From Eledone cirrhosa (taxonomy: Eukaryota), in NCBI GenBank assembly GCA_964016885.1, contig OZ024757.1, forward strand, positions 4,774,001-4,838,000: 64,000 bases of DNA. The letters are read 5' to 3'. Positions 54,459 through 64,000 of the stretch are shown one piece after another. The stretch's first letter is position 1; the number at the start of each line of letters is the position of its first letter. Both the position numbers and the translations under genes were made by a program. The notes beneath the pieces were generated by a model that made no database searches, had not been told where the DNA came from, and saw only the letters and a list, made by a program, of their open reading frames with translations.

Positions 54459-54511
54459 AGGAATATTGAACTAGTTTCGATGTTGTTACATCTCATCAGC
54501 AATATTTACCT
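54459..54511 (-). ncRNA. Canonical minimal type-I hammerhead (Y copy 2)
   Basis: Identical motif, +466 bp. Confidence 0.9.
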
Positions 54512-54861
54512 ATCTTCCGGCCTCTCTAGAGAATCGTAAAAGCACATATCGTTATATGCTTTTTCTATGAAAATTAGTAGTGGGCAGACTAATTTGCATA
54601 GAGCGTGATTTCAGTATACATATGTATTTCAGTATACATATGTGGATGTACATTTTTAACTTAATTGTTTAAGCGTCAGTCATACAAAAGTGAGTTACAA
54701 ATGAAACGAAATTTAATTTCGTTTCGTTATTTGTTTTTATCGTCTCCGTTGAACCGGTACGTACTCACGCTCTATGCAAATTAGTCTGCCCACTACTAAT
54801 TTTCATAGAAAAAGCATATAACGATATGTGCTTTTACGATTCTCTAGAGAGGCCGGAAGAT

Positions 54862-54914
54862 AGGTAAATATTGCTGATGAGATGTAACAACATCGAAACT
54901 AGTTCAATATTCCT
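54862..54914 (+). ncRNA. Canonical minimal type-I hammerhead (Y copy 3)
   Basis: CTGATGA at 54874-54880, GAAA at 54895-54898, 7-bp stem I, 5-bp stem II, palindromic stem III. Confidence 0.9.
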
Positions 54915-55327
54915 TGTCTGGCTTTCTGGAGAATAGAGGAAAGGTGTTTCCTCAAAAACCAGTATGACTCTAAAAACCGGTTTGTCTGTGTGTTTACATA
55001 CAGAATAGCTGGACACTCACAGTAAAGTGACCAGTGAAAAACTCGGTACATCTACATATGTATACGTGTGTGTATTCATATGCATACTAGTATTTCAGTA
55101 TACATATGTGGATGTACATTTTTAACTTAATTGTTTAAGCGTCAGTCATACAAAAGTGAGTTACAAATGAAACGAAATTTAATTTCGTTTCGTTATTTGT
55201 TTTTATCGTCTCCGTTGAACCGGTACGTACTCACGCTCTATGCAAATTAGTCTGCCCACTACTAATTTTCATAGAAAAAGCATATAACGATATGTGCTTT
55301 TACGATTCTCTAGAGAGGCCGGAAGAT

Positions 55328-55380
55328 AGGTAAATATTGCTGATGAGATGTAACAACATCGAAACTAGTTCAATATTCCT
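55328..55380 (+). ncRNA. Canonical minimal type-I hammerhead (Y copy 4)
   Basis: Identical motif, +466 bp. Confidence 0.9.
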
Positions 55381-55615
55381 TGTCTGGCTTTCTGGAGAAT
55401 AGAGGAAAGGTGTTTCCTCAAAAACCAGTATGACTCTAAAAACCGGTTTGTCTGTGTGTTTACATACAGAATAGCTGGACACTCACAGTAAAGTGACCAG
55501 TGAAAAACTCGGTACATCTACATATGTATACGTGTGTGTATTCATATGCATACTAGTATTTCAGTATACATATGTGGATGTACATTTTTAACTTAATTAT
55601 ATATATATATATGTA

Positions 55616-55662
<47 letters not shown>

Positions 55663-56631
55663 GTGTGTTTGTGTGTGTGACTAAATCGCAGAACATCGTC
55701 TTTGTTGCCGTAAGACAGTAGAGAATGATATTTGGCTGCTATTTCTACCACGTCAAGCTACTAGGTAAGAGTCTCTCTGCGGGTAGTCAACTGTTTCTAT
55801 GGTGGTAGGTAGGGAAGTAGCCCTAGGCCCAATACACCGGAAGTCCCTACTGCCAAGGGCACGACCGCAAACCTGTCGAGTTACGAAATGTGTAATTCCT
55901 TTACTTTAAGACTTTAGAGTGTGTGTTGGCTGCTATTTCTACCAGGTCAAGTAACCAGGTAGGAGACTCTCTCGTTGATACGTAATAAATATTTCACTGA
56001 GTAATGCTGCTTGTTTTACCATGGGTTCGATACAATTGATGGAGTGAATTGATATAACTGAAGGTCTGGCTGAAGGTATTAAATTATGTCAGGGACTTTT
56101 AACGCATGACACCGGTGTTATTTATGATCAGGGAAACATTGTCAACGGCACCAGGTACCTGCTATCTTAATTATAACCTTAATTAATCTAATTATATCTT
56201 GTATAGCAATTATCTCATGTTAAGGTGAAAGTTAATATTCTGTAGATAACATAGAGTGAGCTCCATGTTCCAGGGTAGGTGTTCCATCTCCTACATGATT
56301 AAATATTTCATTTCATGAGAAACTACGCTACATCGTGAATTGGTTGTTCCACATTTTACAGGACAGTGAGAAATAGGTTTAAATCACCAACATCTGAACA
56401 ATTAGCTTTTCTGGTCTTTCTTGACTTTACACTTTCACTTGAAATATAAAGTACGTATTATTTGTATTGTTACCACAGCAGATATTGTGTACTTTTCTAC
56501 ACTCCGTGGTGAACAATCATTTATTAAGACACAAATACACACACATTCTCTCTCTTACACTTTCTTATACCGACATCAGTCTTACACAGTCATATATCTT
56601 CAGAACTTCGAAGAATTCTTCAATAATTACG

Positions 56632-57539
56632 ATGGAGGACGTTAAACACTTGGACATTTCTACCACACCTGTTTCTACCAATATAGATACAGTTACAGAG
56701 ACATACAGTGGTGAGAAACTTTACCTAGTGAAACATGTACTGAACAAGGATCATTATACAGAAATATTCCTGAATATAGCTGTGAGATTTGTAGGAAAAC
56801 TTTCTCACCAGAAGATGAATTATCTACACATAAAAGAACACACACTAAAGATAAACCCTATCACTGTCAAATATGTGAGAAATCTTTCACTTCGAAATCA
56901 GATCTTGTTAGATATATACGTACTCACACTGGAGTAAAACGTTTCCACTGCGAAATATGTGGGAAAGCTTTTGCTGAACATTTTAGTGTTGTACTTCATA
57001 AAAGAACACACACTGGAGAGAAACCCTATCATAGTGAAATATGTGGGAAATCTTTTGTGACAAACATTTATTTAACTGCACATATAAGAACACACACTGG
57101 AGAGAAACCATATCATTGTGAAATATGTGGGAAATCTTTTGTATACAACAGTAATTTCAATGCACATAAAAGAACACACAGTAGAGAAAAGCATTATGAT
57201 TGTGAAATATGTGGGAAATCTTTCTTTCAGAATGCTAGTCTCATTAACCATAGATATAACCACACTGGAATAAAGCCCTTCCATTGTGAAATATGTGAGA
57301 AATCTTTTGTCAGGGGCGATGACTTGATTAGACATAAGCGAACTCACACTGGAGAGAAACCCTTTTACTGTGAAATATGTGGGAAGTATTTCGTACAAAG
57401 TGGTAATTTGATTGTGCATAAAAGATCACATACTGGTGAAAGACCTTACCACTGTGAAATATGTGGGAAATCTTTTATTAGGAATAGTAACTTAAATAAA
57501 CACAAACAAACACACACAAGAGGGAAACATTTTAACTAA
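56632..57539 (+). pseudogene. C2H2 ZNF gene, 9 fingers, single 1-nt frameshift near 56721
   Basis: MEDVKHLDIS... N-terminus; AAA CTT TA CCT AGT versus AAA CTT CTA TCT AGT in paralogs; frame then open to 57539; two fingers lack a Zn ligand. Confidence 0.85.
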
Positions 57540-57684
57540 CTCTTCCTCTTACAAATCTAAACTGATTGTCATGAAGTAACTCTTAGAAGTTCCACAGACT
57601 CGGAAAGTTGCTTGTCATTTTTTAAATGATACACTTAGAAATAAATTTCTGTTCATATCCTAATCTTTTGCCATGAGTTGTGAC

Positions 57685-57995
57685 ATGACTAAACACAGAA
57701 CAAGCACTGGAGAAAAACCCTATCACTGTACCAATGTAGGAAATCTTTTGGCTGTAATGGTGAATTGACTAAACACAGAAGAGCACAAACTGGAGAGAAA
57801 CCCTTCCACTGTGAAATATATGGGAAATCTTTCTCTGAAAATTTTAGTGTTGTAGTTCACAAAAGAACACACTGGAGAGAAACCTTTCAAATGTGAAATA
57901 TGTGGGAAAACTTCGTCACTAAAAGTAACTTAAATAAACACAAAAGAACACACTGGAGGGAAACGTTTTAACTGTGAAACATGAGACACCTTCCT
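57685..57995 (+). pseudogene. Degenerate C2H2 fingers downstream of the stop
   Basis: TGEKP...CEICGK remnants with frameshifts. Confidence 0.75.
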
Positions 57996-58071
57996 CTTAC
58001 AAATATAAACCTATTGTCCATCAATATCTTGAGGGAACCCTTAGTAGTTTTACAAACTCCAAATATTGCTT

Positions 58072-58326
58072 GTCATCATCATACGTCCGTTTTTCTCTGC
58101 TTGCAAGGGTGGGACAGGTCCTATTCAGCACAGCATCTCTCCACTTGTCACGGTCCTTCGTCATCTCCTCCATGAGCTTCAGTGATCTGAGGTCTGCTCA
58201 CACCACCTCCGCCCATGTTTTTCATGGTCTTCCTTCTACTGCAATTTCTTGGCACTTCTTTACCCCACGATCATCCTCTATGCGCATCACATGTCCATAC
58301 CATCTCAGTCTTCTCTCCCGCACACA
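58072..58326 (-). mobile_element. RTE LINE 3' fragment (same family as 10590-13850)
   Basis: High similarity to 10600-10870. Confidence 0.85.
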
Positions 58327-59540
58327 ATAACTTATCCCTTGTCATTTTAAAATATATTTTTAGCTGGAATTAATTTCTTGTTCATATCTACTCCTTGTCT
58401 TCTTGAAGTCATTTTTAATCTATGCAAAATATTTCATCAGTCTTTTGCCAACACCAACATTCCCTGCTTTTGCTATCTGCGGGGTGCAGCCCCAGCATCG
58501 CCTTAAATCCAAAGCCCCCTTTGTGTGGCTGTAGAGTCCTTGCTTTTCCTTTCCTTTCTGTTTTTGAATACTTGTGTTTTTCTAATTATTATATAGCCAT
58601 TCATATAGTTACTAATTAATTAAATTTTGCAAATTTCTTTAAAATTAAAATTGATATACTTCCCTGGTGGAGTGTGTAATTAAGGGACCCTCTATCTCCT
58701 GATAATGCTGTGTTTTGTCTGTCAGAAATTTCAGATTATGCCATATCTTGTATCAGAAATTTGTAGCAAGCAATGGCACTATTCCATAGCTGTGGAATCA
58801 TTTGGCCGTACTTTGTCACTCGCCAGTCCTTAGACTTGGTGGTGTAGGAATACCAAAAGTTGACATCGGCACAACAGTTGCTTCGCACTTCTTTTGACTT
58901 CTACCTATAAGTTGCAGATTTTCGTGGACACAAGAAGTCAATAATTACGTTCCTGGTCGATACTAACAAGATGGAGCTCTTAACAAGGAACTTTGGCCCT
59001 CTCGGCAAGGGGCCCAACAACAACACACTTTGTTTTCATTCAATTTAATCATTTGGTATGCTAACAGCTTTCCCCTCTTTTAGTGCTTGTATTATTGTAT
59101 CGGGAGAAAATAAACCTTTGTTATTTCTTCACTGTGCTTTCTGATTTGATCCTTCCACGTGGACTAAAACATAAACACGCAGCCTATAAATCTCTATATA
59201 TATCTTCATTCCCTGATGTAGTATGTTATTAGGGACCTTCTTTGACACGAGGTAATGTTGTATCTTCTCTTTTCTCAGAAATTTTAGGGGGCAACACCAA
59301 CATTAACAGCTGTAGCATGTAATTGAGGGACCTCTCATTTGAGGTAATATCTTGTTTCCTCTTGTCTGAGAAATTTTAAGGGGTAACATCAACATTCCCT
59401 TATGTGGTGTGTAATTGAGGGCCTGTCTCTCACCTCATGTAATACCATGTCCCCTAGAAATTTCACTGGGAAACTGTCTTTTTATTGATTTGTTTGTTTT
59501 TTGTAAATTCTTTACTAGTTTTTCATTATTCATTATGTAA

Positions 59541-59870
59541 ACTAGCAGAAAACCACCCCAGGGTGGCTTTCTACTAGCATGTGTAGTGTGTATATTGATA
59601 TTATATGCAATATAAACTTTATCATATAACAATGCAAATATATGAATGTTTATATAAGTGATGTGATATTTGGTCCGTTATATCATAACAAGAAGTATTG
59701 ACATTTGACAATTGTAAAAGAAGTGAATCTTAAAATAAGCCATCACAATTATATATAAGAATATTTATGTTTAATCAACAACTACGAAATGTATTACATA
59801 AATTATGTAATAATCATTCATTATTTATTCAAAGTAATCCAACTTATTTTACTAATGGGATAAAAATATA
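59541..59870 (-). mobile_element. Helitron-like non-autonomous element, copy 2
   Basis: Reverse-complement similarity to both ends of 3878-4421, including the terminal hairpin and CTAG. Confidence 0.6.
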
Positions 59871-60109
59871 TTCAGGACACAGTCCCACACTCCTCCCTTT
59901 ATTGTATTATGATTGTATTTCTATCAGTGATGATACCCTAAATATGCGTCAGAGGAACCCTATTTCTGCTTCTATTCTTTTGGTCATTACACAAAATTCA
60001 TGTCCATAATTCAGGGTTGGCAGAATACCAAATTTAAGATAGTGAGATTGACTTACACCTACTTCCCTTACTTTGATTAACAAATGCTGAATCTAGTGCA
60101 TTACTACAC

Positions 60110-60870
60110 CAGCCCCTGCAATTCTTACACTTAATTCAGCCACCTCCCTCCTCCCTTCATCAACTTGTGAATACAGCCTCAAGACTCTTGAACTTCTCTG
60201 CCTGCTTCAGTAGATCTCCACTCACATGTAGAGAGGTAAAGTATTTCAGTCATCAATTGACTGATTTTCATTTCTGCCATGCAGTAGTTGGCAGCAAACC
60301 TATCAAGTGCATGTTGGAGATTACCTTCTCACTAGATAGCTACTATAATGACATCCAGACATTCTAAACAACTGATCCTACATCCACCAGTCTTCATACC
60401 AATTCCAGCCCAGTTGCACATGTCAATCTTATCCATGAAGATTATGAACAGGGGAGGTGACAGCATACATCCTTGGCAGAGTGTGACACCCTCATTGAAA
60501 GTTTTCGACTTAGAAATGTTTGCGGTAACATTACTTGATATAATTCATAGCTTGGAGGTGAGAGATTCCAAGGAGAGGTGCTAATTCTCAGAAATGAGAG
60601 ATCACAACTCTGATATTATGGTGATGTGGTCACAATGTCTCAGGAAATAATCACTGGGCAGATTTTACAGGCAAAACCAACTGGCAGGAACCCCAGGGGT
60701 AGACCCTGAGCAAGATGGATGGATAATATTCATGAGCATGATTTGTTTTGCTTAGGGATCCAGCCAGATCAGATGAAGACAGTTGATTGTGACAGTACCT
60801 GCTGGAAGGCATGCTTGAGGACTCTGTCACCATGACCATCCTTGGAATAAGTGGACGAAGGAGAAATATT
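60110..60870. mobile_element. RTE-like LINE relic with an inverted 5' part
   Basis: Minus-strand QGCMLSPPLFIIFMD RT segment (~60110-60510) next to a plus-strand 3' end (GRNPRGRP, ~60580-60870). Confidence 0.65.
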
Positions 60871-60944
60871 CATATCAGAATTGAAAATAGTTACATTTGA
60901 GAAGAATTTGTCAAGTCTGTGACATCAACTTTTCATTATTTTCC

Positions 60945-61710
60945 CATCTAAATCTCTGTTATTAACACTATATGTAATGATATCATCTTGTAAGTAGTTT
61001 TAATACATCTAACACCCATCTAAATCTCTGTTATTAACACCATATGTAATGATATCATCTTGTAAGTAGTTTTAATACATCTAACACCCATCTAAATCTC
61101 TGTTATTAACACTATATGTAATGATATCATCTTGTAAGTAGTTTTAATACATCTAACACCCATCTAAATCTCTGTTATTAACACCATATGTAATGATATC
61201 ATCTTGTAAGTAGTTTTAATACATCTAACACCCATCTAAATCTCTGTTATTAACACCATATGTAATGATATCATCTTGTAAGTAGTTTTAATACATCTAA
61301 CACCCATCTAAATCTCTGTTATTAACACCATATGTAATGATATCATCTTGTAAGTAGTTTTAATACATCTAACACCCATCTAAATCTCTGTTATTAACAC
61401 CATATGTAATGATATCATCTTGTAAGTAGTTTTAATACATCTAACACCCATCTAAATCTCTGTTATTAACACCATATGTAATGATATCATCTTGTAAGTA
61501 GTTTTAATACATCTAACACCCATCTAAATCTCTGTTATTAACACCATATGTAATGATATCATCTTGTTAGTAGTTTTAATACATCTAACACCCATCTAAA
61601 TCTCTGTTATTAACACCATATGTAATGATATCATCTTGTAAGTAGTTTTAATACATCTGACACCCATCTAAATCTGTTATTCACACCATATGTAATGATA
61701 TTTTAGAAGA
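60945..61710. repeat. 72-bp minisatellite, array 3 (very homogeneous)
   Basis: Same unit, ~10.5 copies. Confidence 0.95.
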
Positions 61711-62256
61711 AGTTAGTTATGTAGAGATATTTAGAAGAGGTTGTTTAGTAGATGTTTGTTCTTTGGGAATTATCACTTTAGCAAATAGTATATATTTGTT
61801 GGTTACAGGCTGGACTCCATGTAACATAATATAATTAACAACAATGTAGCAAGCAGTGACACTATTTTATCACTGCGGAGTAATTTAGTCGTGTTTTGTC
61901 ACTCACCAGCTGTTAGGGTTGGTGGCGTATGGATACAAAAGATGACTTCCACCCAGCAGTTGCTTCACACCTTTTTTCAGTTCTAGGTAGCAGTTGCTCT
62001 TTACATTTTGTTGACACCAGCAACTTACAAATGTCTTTCCCAGTCAAGACACCATCTTTCAAAACTACACCCCAGTTGTGTTTTGGAGTTGTCTAGCAGC
62101 TCGTAATGGCTTCCCTACTCCTGTCACTTTGCTCTCTAACAATGAGAGTAGTTTCATTATACAATAGTTTCATTATTGGTTCCAAAGTACTTGCCATTAA
62201 GAGATTTGCTATTACATGTATTGCTATTACAGTATTAATTTTGTCATCACTGGTGG

Positions 62257-62690
62257 CTCACCTTACTGAGGTGTCAGGTGATGTCTGTGAGGATACCTGG
62301 TTATTTCAGTACCTTAGCCTCACCTTACTGAGGTGTCAGGTGAGGGTACCTGGTTATTTCAGTGCCTTAGCCTCACCTTACTGAGGTGTCAGGTGAGGGT
62401 ATCTGGTTATTTCAGTACCTTAGCCTCACCTCACTGAGGCTTCAGGTGAGGTTACCTGGTTATTCCAGTACCTTAGCCTCACCTTACTGAGGTGTCAGGT
62501 GAGGGTACCTGATTATTTCACTACCTTAGCCTCACCTTACTGAGGTGTCAGGTGAGGTTACCTGGTTATTTCAGTACCTTAGCCTCACCTTACTGAGGTG
62601 TCAGGTGAGGGTACCTGGTTATTTCACTACCTTAGCCTCACCTTACTGGGGTGTCAGGTGAGGGTACCTGGTTATTTCACTACCTTAGCC
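62257..62690. repeat. 53-bp minisatellite with two hairpins per unit
   Basis: CCTCACCT-TACTGAGGTGTC-AGGTGAGG and GGTAC-CTGGTTATTTCA-GTACC, ~8 units. Confidence 0.9.
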
Positions 62691-62929
62691 ATGCCATAAC
62701 CCGTGGTAATGTTGCCAGTGTGTTGGCTTGCCTCAAAGTGTGGTGTTAACCCCTAAGGTGTGAGGTGCAGCTAATTGTCACACCTGGTGGTGAATTTCCC
62801 CTCTCCTCCTTTTTTCTTTCCTTTATCATTATTGTTCAATAAATTATATTATTATATTTTTATACACGGCTTAGACATTATATTTGTAATGTTTTTCTAA
62901 AAGAATTGCGAGCAATTTATAATGTTTTT

Positions 62930-63201
62930 TACACATCTGTAATGTTATTTATATATATATATATATATATACAACATATCTGTAATGTTATTTATGTATA
63001 TATATATATTTATACAACATATCTGTAATGTTATTTATATATATATATATATACAACATATCTGTAATGTTATTTATGTATATATATATACAACATATCT
63101 GTAATGTTATTTATGTATATATATATATATACAACATATCTGTAATGTTATTTATGTATATATATATATATATATATATACAACATATCTTTAATGTTAT
63201 T

Positions 63202-63262
<61 letters not shown>

Positions 63263-64000
63263 CACATCTGTAATGTTATTTATGTATATAGATATATAGA
63301 TATATAACATATCTGTAATGTTATTTATGTGTATATATATATATATACAACATATCTGTAATGTTATTTATGTATATATATATATACAACATATCTGTAA
63401 TGTTATTTATGTATATATATATATATAACATATCTGTAATGTTATTGATATATATATATATATACAACATATCTGTAATGTTGGCTTAGTGGTTAGAGCA
63501 TTGGCCTTGCAATCGAAAGGTTGTGAGTTCAATTCTCAGACCAGGTGATGTGTTGTTTCCTTGTGCAAGACACTTTTTCTCACATTGCTCCAGTTTACTC
63601 AGCTGTAGAAATGAGATGATAGGGACTGGGGTCCATATCATTCCACTGCAAAGTGGTCGTGGAGGTGCCACGGCAAAAAAGCACCCAGCCCACACTGTAA
63701 ATGAGGTTGGTGTTAGGAAGGGCATCCAACTGTAGAGATCAAGCCAGAATCAGTTTCCGTCCCACCCTTGCAAGCAGGGAAAAGCGGACGTAAAATGAAA
63801 TGATGAAATGATGATGATATAACATATCTGTAATGTTATTTATGTATATATATATATATATATATAACATATCTGTAATGTTATTTATATATATATATAT
63901 AACATATCTGTAATGTTATTTATATATATATATATAACATATCTGTAATGTTATTTATATATATATATATAACATATCTGTAATGTTATTTATGTATATA
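62930..64000. repeat. Compound repeat AACATATCTGTAATGTTATTTATG + variable (TA)n
   Basis: ~20 units, interrupted by a SINE. Confidence 0.9.
63482..63818 (+). mobile_element. tRNA-derived SINE with RTE-derived tail
   Basis: TGGCTTAGTGG A-box, GAGTTCAATTC B-box; tail CCGTCCCACCCTTGCAAGCAGGGAAAAGCGGACGTAAAATGA matches the RTE 3' end at ~10605-10650. Confidence 0.88.

Larger units (their letters stand above)
53701..55598. mobile_element. Non-coding hammerhead-bearing element Y (466-nt monomer): ~2 copies in each orientation, back to back, within (TA)n
   Basis: Period 466 in 53701-54608 and, inverted, in 54626-55598; 18-bp duplication at the junction; four HHRs. Confidence 0.92.

Noticed and set aside
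53891-55482. Four identical 60-aa ORFs in element Y
   Set aside because: GTG start, antisense to the ribozyme, no recognisable motif; identity merely reflects the repeat
62930-64000. Constant 24-bp repeat with variable spacers, CRISPR-like
   Set aside because: The spacers are only (TA)n of varying length

Overview
Eukaryotic, AT-rich, repeat-dense animal DNA. The SINE families, RTE LINEs, (TA)n tracts and tandem [10 protein letters not shown]-type C2H2 zinc-finger genes point to a cephalopod, probably an octopod; this is inference from repeat and ZNF style. Left contig (1-15917): five phase-compatible internal exons of QRSL1/GatA, whose introns hold a decayed Penelope-like element, a hAT relic, SINEs, a Helitron-like element and a near full-length RTE LINE. 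After a 200-N gap there is an ~11.75-kb C-strand array of a 16-mer (AACTTAACTTAACCCC)n that joins abruptly into a zinc finger. A segmentally duplicated, decaying C2H2-ZNF cluster follows, with 72-bp and 61-bp minisatellites. Most notable is a set of hammerhead-ribozyme (HHR) elements embedded in (TA)n tracts. One is a near-intact Naiad-type Penelope element with an HHR in each pseudo-LTR. Two are unrelated non-coding retrozyme-like elements (591-nt and 466-nt monomers) arranged as back-to-back inverted tandem copies, one with a U3-A8 variant core. Further degenerate HHRs are also present. All structures were read by eye; nothing was folded or searched computationally.
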